NCBI GenBank assembly: GCA_964400755.1
Contig: CAYNVX010000001.1
Coordinates: forward strand, 1 to 45,460
Direction of reading: 5' to 3'
Length of the DNA stretch: 45,460 nt
Source of the DNA: an uncultured bacterium
Lineage (GTDB): Bacteria > Chlamydiota > Chlamydiia > Chlamydiales > SM23-39
Positions 34,187 to 44,832 of the stretch are shown here, one piece after another; the first letter of the stretch is position 1, and each line of letters starts with the position of its first letter. The notes beneath the pieces were generated by a model. It was not told the origin of the DNA and searched no databases. It saw only the letters and a program-made list of their open reading frames with translations. The translations under genes were made by a program, and so were the position numbers.

Positions 34187-37100
34187 AGCACCACAGCATT
34201 TTTTATATTTCTTGCCGCTTCCACATGGACAAACGTCATTGCGCCCAATTCTATCTTCATTAGAAATTTGGGGAGAGGATTTTATCTCCCTCTCTTCAGA
34301 ATTATCGCTTTGAGGCTGGTCAGGCTGCGGAACAAAGGACTTTTGTGTATGGAGCTGTAGTTGGCGAATAGTATCTTGCAGCCTTCTTTGCTCAGGTGTA
34401 ATCATCTCAAATTTAAACAGATCAGTAGCAATAGTCATCTTTAAGTTTTGTGATAAAGTGTCAAATAACCTAAATGCTTCCTGTTTAAATTCTATTAGAG
34501 GATCTTTTTGTGCAACTGTCCTTAATGAAACATCTGATCTTAAATGATCGATGTGAAGAAGGTGTTCTTGCCAAAGCTGGTCGACTTTTCTGATCATTAT
34601 GTTTTTTATTACTTCGCTTAAGACTAGTTTTGATTTTTCTAAATCATTAGATTCATTAATCGCTAGGATTATTTCCTGCTGATGAGAAAGCTTTTTGTCA
34701 AAAGCTTCTAATATTTTAGATGTTGCTCTTTTTTCTATCTCTTGTAGATCAAGATAGTCATCATCAAATATCTTTTCATCAAATGTTACAGGGAAATTAA
34801 GCATCAGCCATTGACGATAATCTTTAGGGTTCCAGCCATGTTCCTGAGTTTTATCAAAAAAGAACTCCGGTATCTTTGATATAATGACATTTTCTAAAAC
34901 ATCTTTTGCCAGTTCAAATGCATCATCGGTATTAATAAGATCATTTCTAAATGCATAGATCTCCTGTCTTTGTCTGTTCATTACATCGTCATATTCAAGA
35001 GTGTGCTTTCTAATAGAATAGTTGCGCTGCTCAATACGCTTTTGTGCTGTCTCAATAGATTTGTTTAATACTTTTGCAGCTATCGGTTCGCCTTCAGGGG
35101 GACGGAATTTCTGCAGCATAGAAGTTAATCTCGGTGAGGCAAATAGCCTCATTAAGGAATCTTCAAAAGAGACAAAGAATTTTGAAGAGCCGGGATCGCC
35201 AAGACGGCCCGAACGGCCTCTTAACTGACGATCTATCCTTCTAGAATGGTGTCTTGTCGTTCCAATAACATGAAGTCCGCCAACTTTTTTTACTTCTTCA
35301 GTTAGTTTAATGTCCGTTCCTCTACCTGCCATGTTGGTCGCTAGTGTTATAGCTCCCCAAGTTCCTGCTTTTGCAATAATTTCAGCTTCTTTTTCATGGT
35401 TCTTAGCATTTAATATTGTGTGAGGAAGATTGTTTTGTTTTAAAATTCTAGATAGCTTTTCTGAAATCTCCACAGATTCTGTTCCTATTAATATAGGACG
35501 TCCTTTTTCATTACAGCTTTTTATCTCTTTCAATATCGCTATGTATTTTTCTCTTTCCGTCATGTAGATCTCGTCATCCGAGTCATCTCTTTTACATGGC
35601 GTATATGTCGGAATTTCTAAAACTGTTAATTTATAGATCTCTTTAAATTCACCGGCTTCCGTAATAGCTGTTCCTGACATTCCCGCTAGTTTTTCATACA
35701 TCCTAAATAAATTTTGCAGAGTAATTGTTGCATAGGTCTGTGTCTCTTTTTGAACTTTCAGAGATTCTTTCGCTTCAATCGCTTGATGAAGCCCATCAGA
35801 AAACCTTCTTCCCGGTTGAGGACGGCCTGTATTTTCGTCGATAATTATGATTTGATTGTTCTGAACTATATAGTCCACATCTTTTTCCATCAAAAGATGG
35901 GCGCGGAATAATTGTCTTAAATTGTGAGACCTTTCTTTTCTCTTGGAATCTTCTTCTCTTAGTTTTGTCTTTTTATCCATTTTTTGGTTTTCTGAGAGCG
36001 AAGCGTCATTGTCAATTTTTGCATATTCATAGCCAAGGTCTAACATTATAAAGTCGTTGGAGCCTTCATCATCTTTCTCAAAACTTGACCAGGCATGGAT
36101 ACCTTTGTCGGTAAGCTCAAATTCATTAGCTCTTTCATCAATTATTATGAAAAGCTCAGATAGTAAAGAGGCTTTCTCTTTTTTGTTTTGATCTGATACA
36201 AAAAAAGTTTCCCAATTATCTATTTTTGCTCGTAAATCAGGATTTTCTCTAACCCTTTTTAAGATCTTATTTGTTGGGGTTCCTTTACTTATCAGCCATA
36301 ATTTCTTAAAGGCTTCATCTGCTTTTTCCTTTTCTTCTTTAGAAAGGGAGGGTAGTTCTTTGTCTTCTAAAAATTTAAGCTCGTCTATTGTTTTTTTAGC
36401 TTCGCTTGCAAACCTGTTGCAAAGGTCCCTTTGAGATCTTACTACTATAGATACATTAGACTTTAGTTCATCATACATCTGTCTGCTTTCAGGACAAGGA
36501 CCGGAAATTATTAAGGGTGTTCTTGCTTCATCAATTAAAATCGAATCGATCTCATCGATAATCGCAAAATAAGGCTTTCTTTGTGTCTGCTCTTCTTTTG
36601 CTGTTGCCATAGAATTGTCGCGTAAATAGTCAAAACCAAATTCAGAGGCCGTTCCATAAACTATATCGGCAGAATATGTCTTCTTTCTTTCTTGTACCGG
36701 TACATCATTTGTAAGTGACGCTACTGTCAGGTTTAATTTTTTAAATACCGTTCCTATCCACTCACTATCCCTTTTTGCTAAATAGTCGTTAACTGTAACA
36801 AGATGGACCGCTTTTTCTGTAATCGCATTTAAATAAAGAGGCATCGCCGCTGTAAGTGTTTTTCCTTCTCCTGTCTGCATCTCGGCAATCGATCCGTAAA
36901 ACATTGCTATCGCACCAACCATCTGAACGTCATATGGGATCATATCCCATTTTTGATCATATCCAGATACATGAATGTCGGTCCCGCAAAGCCTTCGGCA
37001 GATGTTCTTTACTACAGCATATACTTCAGGAAGAAGAGCTTCTAAACTCTCTCCATCTTGATAACGCTTTTTGAACTCGTCGGTTTTTTTGATTACCTCT

Positions 37101-37219
37101 TCTTCAGATAATTTTTGGTAGTTTATTTCATGTTCATTGATCAGTTTTACTGTTTTTGAATATTTTTTTAGTATGCGGCTTTGAGCTGTGCCAAATATTT
37201 TTTTTAAAAGGGCAAACAT
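34178..37219 (-). CDS. secA: Preprotein translocase ATPase SecA
   Basis: 1013 aa with Walker A MQTGEGKT, the DEAD-like IIDEIDS, TNMAGRGTDI and the C-terminal zinc motif CPCGSGKKYKKCCG. Confidence 0.98.
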   Translation of the reverse strand: MFALLKKIFGTAQSRILKKYSKTVKLINEHEINYQKLSEEEVIKKTDEFKKRYQDGESLEALLPEVYAVVKNICRRLCGTDIHVSGYDQKWDMIPYDVQMVGAIAMFYGSIAEMQTGEGKTLTAAMPLYLNAITEKAVHLVTVNDYLAKRDSEWIGTVFKKLNLTVASLTNDVPVQERKKTYSADIVYGTASEFGFDYLRDNSMATAKEEQTQRKPYFAIIDEIDSILIDEARTPLIISGPCPESRQMYDELKSNVSIVVRSQRDLCNRFASEAKKTIDELKFLEDKELPSLSKEEKEKADEAFKKLWLISKGTPTNKILKRVRENPDLRAKIDNWETFFVSDQNKKEKASLLSELFIIIDERANEFELTDKGIHAWSSFEKDDEGSNDFIMLDLGYEYAKIDNDASLSENQKMDKKTKLREEDSKRKERSHNLRQLFRAHLLMEKDVDYIVQNNQIIIIDENTGRPQPGRRFSDGLHQAIEAKESLKVQKETQTYATITLQNLFRMYEKLAGMSGTAITEAGEFKEIYKLTVLEIPTYTPCKRDDSDDEIYMTEREKYIAILKEIKSCNEKGRPILIGTESVEISEKLSRILKQNNLPHTILNAKNHEKEAEIIAKAGTWGAITLATNMAGRGTDIKLTEEVKKVGGLHVIGTTRHHSRRIDRQLRGRSGRLGDPGSSKFFVSFEDSLMRLFASPRLTSMLQKFRPPEGEPIAAKVLNKSIETAQKRIEQRNYSIRKHTLEYDDVMNRQRQEIYAFRNDLINTDDAFELAKDVLENVIISKIPEFFFDKTQEHGWNPKDYRQWLMLNFPVTFDEKIFDDDYLDLQEIEKRATSKILEAFDKKLSHQQEIILAINESNDLEKSKLVLSEVIKNIMIRKVDQLWQEHLLHIDHLRSDVSLRTVAQKDPLIEFKQEAFRLFDTLSQNLKMTIATDLFKFEMITPEQRRLQDTIRQLQLHTQKSFVPQPDQPQSDNSEEREIKSSPQISNEDRIGRNDVCPCGSGKKYKKCCGALV

Positions 37220-37521
37220 GATAGGTTCTTCTTTGTTAAGTTAGTTAAATTTTATAACATCATTGCATTTCTCTCAAGGTACAAAACTTATGTTCTAATT
37301 CTATTTTTCAAAGAGCTTAATTTAGGTAATTATTTTATTTAAAAATTAGGATTATTAAGAATCTCGGATTCATCAACAAAAAAATATTAATAAAGAAATT
37401 TTTAACAACTATAAAAATTCCTTTAAAACTAATTCTTATTAAATATTGATGTTTTTTATAAAAAAAAGTTAAACTAGTTCAGGTTAATTATAATTTTTAT
37501 TTTAATTTTTCGAGAAGTACG

Positions 37522-38058
37522 ATGGTCGATGGAAGAAATATATCTTTACGCCCTATCAGAGAAAGAGACTTAGACAGTTTCTTTCTTCTTATGGAGTCTG
37601 CCGGCTCTTTTATTGAGTTTTTTCCTAGACTTATCGATTCAGAATATCTCTTTAAGCAAAAATTTGCCAAAAGCGGACTTTGGGATGATAATGAAGGCTA
37701 TTGCCTTATTATAAACCATGATAAAAAAATTATCGGCATGATCTCTTATTTAAGATCAAATTTCTTAGATGCCTATGATCTTTCTTACATTATCTTCGAA
37801 GAGGAAAATAGAGGAAAAGGTTTTATGAAAGAAGCTCTTTCTCTTTTTTCAAAATTCCTATTTGCTAATAAAACTATTAACAGACTTCAGTTATCAATTC
37901 CTGATTATCATAGAGCTTCTATCGCCATCGCTCAAAAATGCGGATATACTTTTGAGGGGATTTCCAGAGAAGCTATCTTTTCAAGAGGTAAATATTTAGA
38001 TCTTTGCGTTTATTCAATGCTTAGAAAAGAATGTAAAAATATTGATAAATTGTATTAA
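37522..38058 (+). CDS. GNAT-family N-acetyltransferase (RimJ/RimL-like)
   Basis: 178 aa with the N-terminus ISLRPIRERDLD and the acetyl-CoA motif EENRGKGFMKEAL. Confidence 0.7.
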   Translation: MVDGRNISLRPIRERDLDSFFLLMESAGSFIEFFPRLIDSEYLFKQKFAKSGLWDDNEGYCLIINHDKKIIGMISYLRSNFLDAYDLSYIIFEEENRGKGFMKEALSLFSKFLFANKTINRLQLSIPDYHRASIAIAQKCGYTFEGISREAIFSRGKYLDLCVYSMLRKECKNIDKLY

Positions 38059-38097
38059 TCAATTGTATAACTAATTTTTTAAGTACAAAGTATACTT

Positions 38098-38994
38098 ATG
38101 CAGCAAATTACAATTATTGACCGCTTTACTCAAGAAAAAGAGATTGAAAAGATCTACGGACAGAGCTTTTTGTTTTTTTTATATGCTGATAATATTTTTT
38201 CAAAAATTGTAAGAGCTATTTTTTCTAAAATTCCATTTTTCTCAAGATTTTATGGAAATCTGCAACAATCTAAAAGAAGTAAGAAAAAAATTCTTCCTTT
38301 TATAAAAAAATATAATGTCAATACTTTGGAGTTTTACGATAAGGTCGAATCTTTTAATTCTTTTAATGATTTTTTTATCAGAAAATTAAAACCTGATGTC
38401 AGACCTCTTTCTTCTAACCCCCAAATTGCCGTTTTGCCGGTAGATGGCAGATATATGGTTTTTCAAAATATTCAAACTGTAGATGGTTTTTATGTAAAAG
38501 GAGAAAAATTTAGCCTAGAAGAGTTTTTACAGGATAAGATTTTAGCTGAAAAATATAGAGAAGGATCAATGATGATAGGCAGGCTCGCTCCTGTTGACTA
38601 TCATAGATTCCATTTTCCTGTAGACTGCATACCGCAAAAACCAAAATTGATTAACGGTTATTTATATTCCGTTAATCCCATAGCTCTTAAAACAAATATT
38701 AATATTTTTTCTCAAAATAAAAGAATGCTCACCGTTTTAGACACTAAAAATTTTGGTGAGATATTATATATCGAAGTCGGTGCATCAAATGTAGGAACAA
38801 TTATTCAAACATTCTTTGCCGAGACCGAATATAAAAAAGGAGATGAGAAAGGCTATTTTTCTTTCGGTGGTTCAAGCGTAGTTTTGCTTTTTGAAAAAGA
38901 TAAGATTAGATTTGATGAAGATCTAATTAAAAATTCTGAAAATAAAATCGAAACTAAAACCACTTACGGTGGATCTTTAGGTAGGATTTTATAA
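38098..38994 (+). CDS. psd: Phosphatidylserine decarboxylase proenzyme
   Basis: 298 aa with RLAPVDYHRFHFP and the self-cleavage region GYFSFGGSSVVLLF. Confidence 0.88.
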   Translation: MQQITIIDRFTQEKEIEKIYGQSFLFFLYADNIFSKIVRAIFSKIPFFSRFYGNLQQSKRSKKKILPFIKKYNVNTLEFYDKVESFNSFNDFFIRKLKPDVRPLSSNPQIAVLPVDGRYMVFQNIQTVDGFYVKGEKFSLEEFLQDKILAEKYREGSMMIGRLAPVDYHRFHFPVDCIPQKPKLINGYLYSVNPIALKTNINIFSQNKRMLTVLDTKNFGEILYIEVGASNVGTIIQTFFAETEYKKGDEKGYFSFGGSSVVLLFEKDKIRFDEDLIKNSENKIETKTTYGGSLGRIL

Positions 38995-39064
38995 TCTATA
39001 AATTATTTTTTTGATATCAAACCCCATATATTATAATTTATATATAAGGCGACTGCTGCAATAT

Positions 39065-40864
39065 ATGAATAAGTTAATTAAATTATTATTTCTTTTCTTT
39101 TTTTTATTATCGGCAAATCTGTTTGCTGATCAATCTGTTCAACCTTCAGAAAAAACTTCTATTACAAGGAATGATAAAAATGAGGAAATTACCGATCTTT
39201 GGCAAGATGTTAGACCAAAAGAGATTCCTAAAAAAACACCAGAAATTATTGATGATGAAAAAGAAGAGGCTCCAGAAGTTAACATCTCTAATAAAGAAGT
39301 TCAGCTAAAAGAAAAAATTACAGGCCTTCTTTTTATTCCAAAAGAGGATGAAGTTCTAGATACCAAAAATCTTAAAGATTTTGATGGAATTATAATTGAT
39401 AGAGGCTTGTTCGTTCCCGACAAATGCGATTTTGAAACTATAATGAAAACCTTTATCGGTGAGACTATTTCTATTCAAGGGCTTAAAGAGCTTATCTATA
39501 CTATTGAAGATTTTTATGAAAATAAAGGTTTCCCTATCGTTTCTGCTAAAGTTTTGCCAGGACAGGATATTACCGAGGGGATTATAAGAATTACTGTTAT
39601 CGTTGCTCGTTTGGGCGATGTCCAAGCTTATGGTGCAAAATATTTTTCAAATGAAAAAATTGCTGAAGAGATCACTATAAAACCCGGTCAATATATTGCA
39701 GCTGATAAATTGATGACAGATCTTTATTGGATTAATAACAACCCATTTCGATCTACAGATCTAATTTACGAAAGAGGGCAAGAGCTGGGTGAAACAGATC
39801 TTGTTTTGCAAACTAAAGATAGAATACCAATAAGACCTTATATCGGTTATGAAAATACTGGAAACAAGATAGCAGGAGATAACCGTTATTTGCTTGGATT
39901 TAACTGGGGAAAAGCTTTCGGTTTGGACCAACAGTTAAATGCACAATATATGATGGCAGAAAAACCTAAGAGATTCTGGGCTGTTTCAGGAAGTTATATA
40001 GTCCCTCTTCCATGGAGACATTATTTTAAAGTTTTTGGTAGCTTTGTGAAAACCCGCCCCAAAATGGACTATGGCTTAAATATGAAGGGAAAAAGCTGGC
40101 AGATTAGCGGAAGATATAATGTACCTTTCTTTTGGTGTGAGGTGAGACATAACTTTACTTTTGGATATGATTTTAAAAATACCAACAACTTCTTAACTTT
40201 TATTACTGATTCTATTTATGCCAAACATATTGATATATCTCAGTTTTTAGTCGGCTATGATGGAATGACAAAAGATAAATATGGCTCAACCTCTTTTGGT
40301 CTGGAAGTTTTTTTAAGTCCCGGAAATATGACTCCTTTTAATAATAATATTGCTTTTCAGATAGAAAGACCTAATGCTCAGGCAGATTATGCTTATTTTA
40401 AGTTTAAATTCGATAGAGTTACTAAATTCCCTCTTAACTTTTCTTGGGTTTTAAATACTTCTGCTCAAGTTGCCGGAACCAGGCTCCTTCCTTCTGAAGA
40501 GTTTTCTTTAGGTGGTTATTTAACAGTTCGTGGTTATAGAGAAAACCAATATATCGGGGATCATGGATATTTAATTAAAAATGAGCTTAGAACACCAACT
40601 ATGAAATATAAGAATAGTAAAAATGTTGTTGTCGGTGAACTTCAGTTTTTAGCCTTTTTTGATTATGGTAAACTTTATGAGATCGATCCAAATATTCTAA
40701 ATAGAGATGGCACCGCTTTAATGTCGGTAGGTCCCGGTATGAGATTTAATTCACAAGAACATCTTACTATTAGATTAGATTGGGGGTTTCAGCTTGATAA
40801 GGCTCATCCTGACAGTAAAGAAGACAGATCACGTATTCACTTCGGTCTAATTGCTGCTTATTAA
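39065..40864 (+). CDS. ShlB/FhaC/HecB-family outer-membrane transporter (two-partner secretion TpsB-like)
   Basis: The ORF track starts at TTG 39011. ATG 39065 gives the signal peptide MNKLIKLLFLFFFLLSANLFA. It has a POTRA-like region followed by a beta-barrel with the family motif FSLGGYLTVRGYRENQ, and ends in an aromatic residue (...IAAY). Confidence 0.75.
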   Translation: MNKLIKLLFLFFFLLSANLFADQSVQPSEKTSITRNDKNEEITDLWQDVRPKEIPKKTPEIIDDEKEEAPEVNISNKEVQLKEKITGLLFIPKEDEVLDTKNLKDFDGIIIDRGLFVPDKCDFETIMKTFIGETISIQGLKELIYTIEDFYENKGFPIVSAKVLPGQDITEGIIRITVIVARLGDVQAYGAKYFSNEKIAEEITIKPGQYIAADKLMTDLYWINNNPFRSTDLIYERGQELGETDLVLQTKDRIPIRPYIGYENTGNKIAGDNRYLLGFNWGKAFGLDQQLNAQYMMAEKPKRFWAVSGSYIVPLPWRHYFKVFGSFVKTRPKMDYGLNMKGKSWQISGRYNVPFFWCEVRHNFTFGYDFKNTNNFLTFITDSIYAKHIDISQFLVGYDGMTKDKYGSTSFGLEVFLSPGNMTPFNNNIAFQIERPNAQADYAYFKFKFDRVTKFPLNFSWVLNTSAQVAGTRLLPSEEFSLGGYLTVRGYRENQYIGDHGYLIKNELRTPTMKYKNSKNVVVGELQFLAFFDYGKLYEIDPNILNRDGTALMSVGPGMRFNSQEHLTIRLDWGFQLDKAHPDSKEDRSRIHFGLIAAY

Positions 40865-41472
40865 ATTAGTGAGCAGATGGGACAACTTTTTTTATCATGT
40901 CCTCTTGCTTTGCAATACTCTCTTCCAAAATAGATTATTTGAAGATGTGCTTTATGCCACTTTTTTTTAGAAAAAATCTTTTTTAAATCTTCTTCTGTCT
41001 GTTTTCTATTTTTGCCTGATGAAAGCCCCCATCTTTTTGCGCAGCGATGTATATGTGTATCAACAGGAAAAGCTGGCTTATGAAATGCAGACATTACTAC
41101 TGAAGCGGTTTTATGGCCAACCCCAGGAAGAGATTCTAATTCTTCAAAGGTTTTAGGAACTTTGCCTTTATATTTTTCTAGTAATATTTCTGATGTCTCT
41201 AAAATCGCTTTTGCTTTTGTTCTATATAAACCACAGGGTTTTATGATTTTTTCCAGCTCTTTTAACTTTAGTTTGATCATTTGCTTAGGAGAGGAAGCTT
41301 TTTTAAATAATAGCGGTGTTATCTCATTTACCTTTTTATCGGTAGAATTGCCGGATAACATAACAGCAATCAACAATGTAAAAGTATTCTTGTGTTTTAA
41401 AGGTATTTTGGGATTGGGATAATATTCATCTAACTTTTTTTTGATAATTTTAATGCGATCTTTTCTTAGCAT
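40861..41472 (-). CDS. nth: Endonuclease III
   Basis: 203 aa with the HhH-GPD motif LPGVGHKTASVV, followed by VDTH and a C-terminal Cys cluster C...C..C. Confidence 0.88.
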   Translation of the reverse strand: MLRKDRIKIIKKKLDEYYPNPKIPLKHKNTFTLLIAVMLSGNSTDKKVNEITPLLFKKASSPKQMIKLKLKELEKIIKPCGLYRTKAKAILETSEILLEKYKGKVPKTFEELESLPGVGHKTASVVMSAFHKPAFPVDTHIHRCAKRWGLSSGKNRKQTEEDLKKIFSKKKWHKAHLQIIYFGREYCKARGHDKKSCPICSLI

Positions 41473-42833
41473 TACTTTCCTATGCAGAATTTAGAAAATA
41501 TGGAATTTAAAATGTCTTCGGTTATATCTGTTCCTATTATGTTGTTTAATTCATTTAAACAATTTTTCATATCAACATTTATAAATTCAGCAGAAATATT
41601 TTCTTTTAGTCCGCATATTATTCTTTCACAAAAATCAATAGTATTATCTAAGGAACTTTTATGTCTTAAATTTGTGATTATCAGCTCTTCTTTAGAAGGA
41701 AGGCCTTTTTTTAAAACAACTTTTTCGATTAATTCCTGAAGGGATTCTATCCCTATCTTTTCTTTTGCAGAAATATGATGGATGTTAGGTAGATCAATAG
41801 ATTCTGTTGGTTTATTAATATCTATTTTGTTCCAAACCACTATCGTCTTGTTTTTATCTATTTCTTTTAATAGTTGTAAATCATCACTATTCAATTTTCT
41901 TGTGGCATCTAATACTAAAAGGTTCAGATCAGCTTCTTTAATTACTTCTTTTGATCTTTTTATTCCTTCTTGTTCTATTACTTCTTTAGTTGTTCTTATT
42001 CCAGCTGTATCGGTAAGACGGAAATGTAGATTTTTTAATTTTAAATCTTCTTTTAAAACATCTCTTGTTGTTCCGGCAATAGGTGTAACTATAGCTCTCT
42101 CTCTTTTCAAAAGAGCGTTCATTAATGAAGATTTGCCAACATTTGGCGAACCAATTATTGAAAGGTTAATCCCTGTAGATATCATTTTTCCTTCATGATA
42201 GGTAGAAGAGAGCTTTTTCATTTTTTGTAATATCTTCTCTAATGAATTAATTACTTCTTCAAACGATGCAAATTCCAAACCCTCTTCCGGGAAATCTACC
42301 CAGGCTTCTAATATAGCTGCAATTTCTGTTAGCTCTTTTTTATAAGATAGGATTTGATCTGATAAATGACCGCTTAAGTTTTTTTCAGCAAAGCCTAGCG
42401 CTAAATCATTATTAGAAGAAATAAGCTCTTGGACAGCTTCAGCTTGAGCTAAATCAATTTTTTTATTGATAAAGGCTCGAAAGGTAAATTCACCCGGCAT
42501 GGCAGCCCTGGCGCCGGCATCAATAACTTCTTGTAAAATCTTTTTTGTAATTATATTGGAGCCATGGCACTGGATTTCAATAATATCTTCACCGGTATAG
42601 GTGTTAGGAGCTTTCATAAGCACTAATAAGACTTGATCGATTGGCTGGCCGTTATTATCTAAAATCTTCCCAAAATGAACGGTATGGCTCTTATAAGAAG
42701 ATATGTCGCCTGAGAAGATTTTGTTAGTAATCTCTATAGTATCTTTACCGGTTATGCGAACTATAGCTATGGCTGCTTCTCCTGTAGCTGTAGATATAGC
42801 TGCTATTGTATCTTTCTGGTTCTTGATATACAT
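41472..42833 (-). CDS. mnmE: tRNA modification GTPase MnmE (TrmE/ThdF)
   Basis: 453 aa with DTIAAISTA at the N-terminus, the G1 motif GSPNVGKSSL, DTAGIR and the C-terminal CIGK. Confidence 0.95.
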   Translation of the reverse strand: MYIKNQKDTIAAISTATGEAAIAIVRITGKDTIEITNKIFSGDISSYKSHTVHFGKILDNNGQPIDQVLLVLMKAPNTYTGEDIIEIQCHGSNIITKKILQEVIDAGARAAMPGEFTFRAFINKKIDLAQAEAVQELISSNNDLALGFAEKNLSGHLSDQILSYKKELTEIAAILEAWVDFPEEGLEFASFEEVINSLEKILQKMKKLSSTYHEGKMISTGINLSIIGSPNVGKSSLMNALLKRERAIVTPIAGTTRDVLKEDLKLKNLHFRLTDTAGIRTTKEVIEQEGIKRSKEVIKEADLNLLVLDATRKLNSDDLQLLKEIDKNKTIVVWNKIDINKPTESIDLPNIHHISAKEKIGIESLQELIEKVVLKKGLPSKEELIITNLRHKSSLDNTIDFCERIICGLKENISAEFINVDMKNCLNELNNIIGTDITEDILNSIFSKFCIGK

Positions 42834-43005
42834 ATTTTTTTTGGGTTTTAAGCTCTAATTATCCCTTAAAATTTCACAGATATCAATCTAAAAATTATCT
42901 TCTTCTTTTTAAAAATTCTCTTTGTAATAAATTAATAAAATATTTTATTTTCTTTAATAAAAAATTAATTGTATTGTTTTTCTAAATTTTTTTTTGGAGG
43001 ATAAA

Positions 43006-44241
43006 ATGATACGTAAATTTGTAAGAATTTCTCTCTTTTTTTTATTGATAGCAGGTTTTGTTCCTAATAGCTATAGCACTACCGATTCATTTAAAATGAA
43101 AAAGAAAAGCCAAGCTCATTTTAGAAAAAATAAGGAAAAGAAAAAAAGCAATTCAAAATTTTTAATAGAACAATTATCTAAACTTAGCGGTGTGAGCTCT
43201 ATTACTACCACTAGAAGCGTTTATTATTCTGAGTGCTCCGATTTTTTAGAGTATAATGAGGATTTTGAGTATAATGTACTTTGTCAGGAAATTCTCTTTT
43301 CTGATTTAATGAAAAGTTTTTTAAAAATCGGGGAAGATGCATCTTTTTCATGGAACAAAGCTTGTAAAGACTATTTTCAAAGTGATAAAAGCGGTTTTTT
43401 TTCAGATGAGAACGATTTGAAAAATTTCTTTTTATCTTTAAACTGTTTAAATCAAAAAGATTTCTTAAATGCAGAAATTTATGCAAAGCAATTATATAAT
43501 ACGGAGTTTCAAGAGAGTTTAATATTTCTGATAGCTCAATCTCATTTTAATAAAAAAAATTATTCAAAATCATTGAACATTTTAGATGGCTATTTTTGTG
43601 ATGACTATGAAGAGTTTAATGAGTATGAATTATTGAAAATGAAAAATCATTGCTATTTGAAAGATTTCGAAAGCGCTAAAGAAATAGCTCTTTCTTTTGA
43701 AGATGAATATGAACGAGAAGATGCTTTAATGGAATTAATTAAAGTTCTTTCCGGCATAGATCCTAATGAGGCTTTAAGTTTAACTAATTTGTTTGATTCA
43801 AAATATGAAACGGATGAAGCCGTTCTTTATGTTATTGATGGACTTTGCAAAGCAGACCTTATTGATGATGCTAAAAAATTAAAGAATAGTCTTTCTTGGT
43901 CTGATGAAATAGAGGTTGCTGATGCTCTTATTTCTATGTATTCGGATAATTTTGAAAAGGCATTGGAAATTAGAAATACTACTTGGTCTTGGTATAAGGA
44001 ACTTGTAACTGATAAAATGTTAACCTATTGGTGTGATAATTTAGAATTTGATGTAGCTGAAGAGCTTGTATCTCAAATGCAAGATGATGAAGCTTATTTG
44101 TATCTAGTCTATGCCTATGCAAAACACAATTATTTCGAAGATGCTAAAAGAATCGTTCAAGATAAAATAACAGACAATGTTTATAAGGCTTTCGCTTCAA
44201 TTTTAATAAGCGAGCTGAATAAAAAGGTCCATTATTATTAG
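43006..44241 (+). CDS. Secreted alpha-helical repeat protein (hypothetical)
   Basis: The ORF track starts at TTG 42994, but GGAGG sits 5 nt before ATG 43006. The signal peptide is MIRKFVRISLFFLLIAGFVPNSYS. The body is acidic, with repeated E/D...A...Y helical motifs (TPR-like). Confidence 0.6.
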   Translation: MIRKFVRISLFFLLIAGFVPNSYSTTDSFKMKKKSQAHFRKNKEKKKSNSKFLIEQLSKLSGVSSITTTRSVYYSECSDFLEYNEDFEYNVLCQEILFSDLMKSFLKIGEDASFSWNKACKDYFQSDKSGFFSDENDLKNFFLSLNCLNQKDFLNAEIYAKQLYNTEFQESLIFLIAQSHFNKKNYSKSLNILDGYFCDDYEEFNEYELLKMKNHCYLKDFESAKEIALSFEDEYEREDALMELIKVLSGIDPNEALSLTNLFDSKYETDEAVLYVIDGLCKADLIDDAKKLKNSLSWSDEIEVADALISMYSDNFEKALEIRNTTWSWYKELVTDKMLTYWCDNLEFDVAEELVSQMQDDEAYLYLVYAYAKHNYFEDAKRIVQDKITDNVYKAFASILISELNKKVHYY

Positions 44242-44831
44242 ATTCTTTTCAAAGCTGTAGAAATTAAAGAGCCGATCTCAGGCTCTTTTTCAAATCCTTC
44301 TAAAGCTGTTTTTATTGCTTTTTGAGCTTGAAGAGGACTATAGCCTAGATTTATTAAAGCACTAATAGCATCGGAAACGGTATTATTATTTTCATTAGAG
44401 GATAAAGAAGGAAATATATCCGATTTATTAATCTTAAGCTTATCTCTTAGTTCAATAATCAATCTCTCTGCTGTTTTTTTACCTATTCCTGGAACTTTAC
44501 TAATTAATTTTACATTGGCAGAAGAGATCGCTTGCTGAAGACTGAAAAAATCTAAATGGCCTAATATTGAAATTGCTGTTTTAGCTCCAATCCCTGATAC
44601 AGAAATAAGCTTAGTGAAAAGATCTTTGTCCTCTTTAGTTAAAAAGCCATAAAGTGTCTGAGAATCTTCTTTTACTATAAAAGAAGTATATAATTGAATT
44701 GTTGATCCAACTTGCGGCATTTGTGAATAGGCGCTTAAGGGAATAAATATCTTATAGCCAATGCCGTTAACATCTATTATAGCAATTGTTGGATAAATTT
44801 CTGCAAGTTTGCCTTTTATATATTCAAACAT
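44238..44831 (-). CDS. ruvA: Holliday junction branch migration complex subunit RuvA
   Basis: 197 aa with MFEYIKGKL at the N-terminus and the two HhH motifs GIGAKTA and GIGKKTAERL. Confidence 0.93.
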   Translation of the reverse strand: MFEYIKGKLAEIYPTIAIIDVNGIGYKIFIPLSAYSQMPQVGSTIQLYTSFIVKEDSQTLYGFLTKEDKDLFTKLISVSGIGAKTAISILGHLDFFSLQQAISSANVKLISKVPGIGKKTAERLIIELRDKLKINKSDIFPSLSSNENNNTVSDAISALINLGYSPLQAQKAIKTALEGFEKEPEIGSLISTALKRI

Positions 44832-44832
44832 A

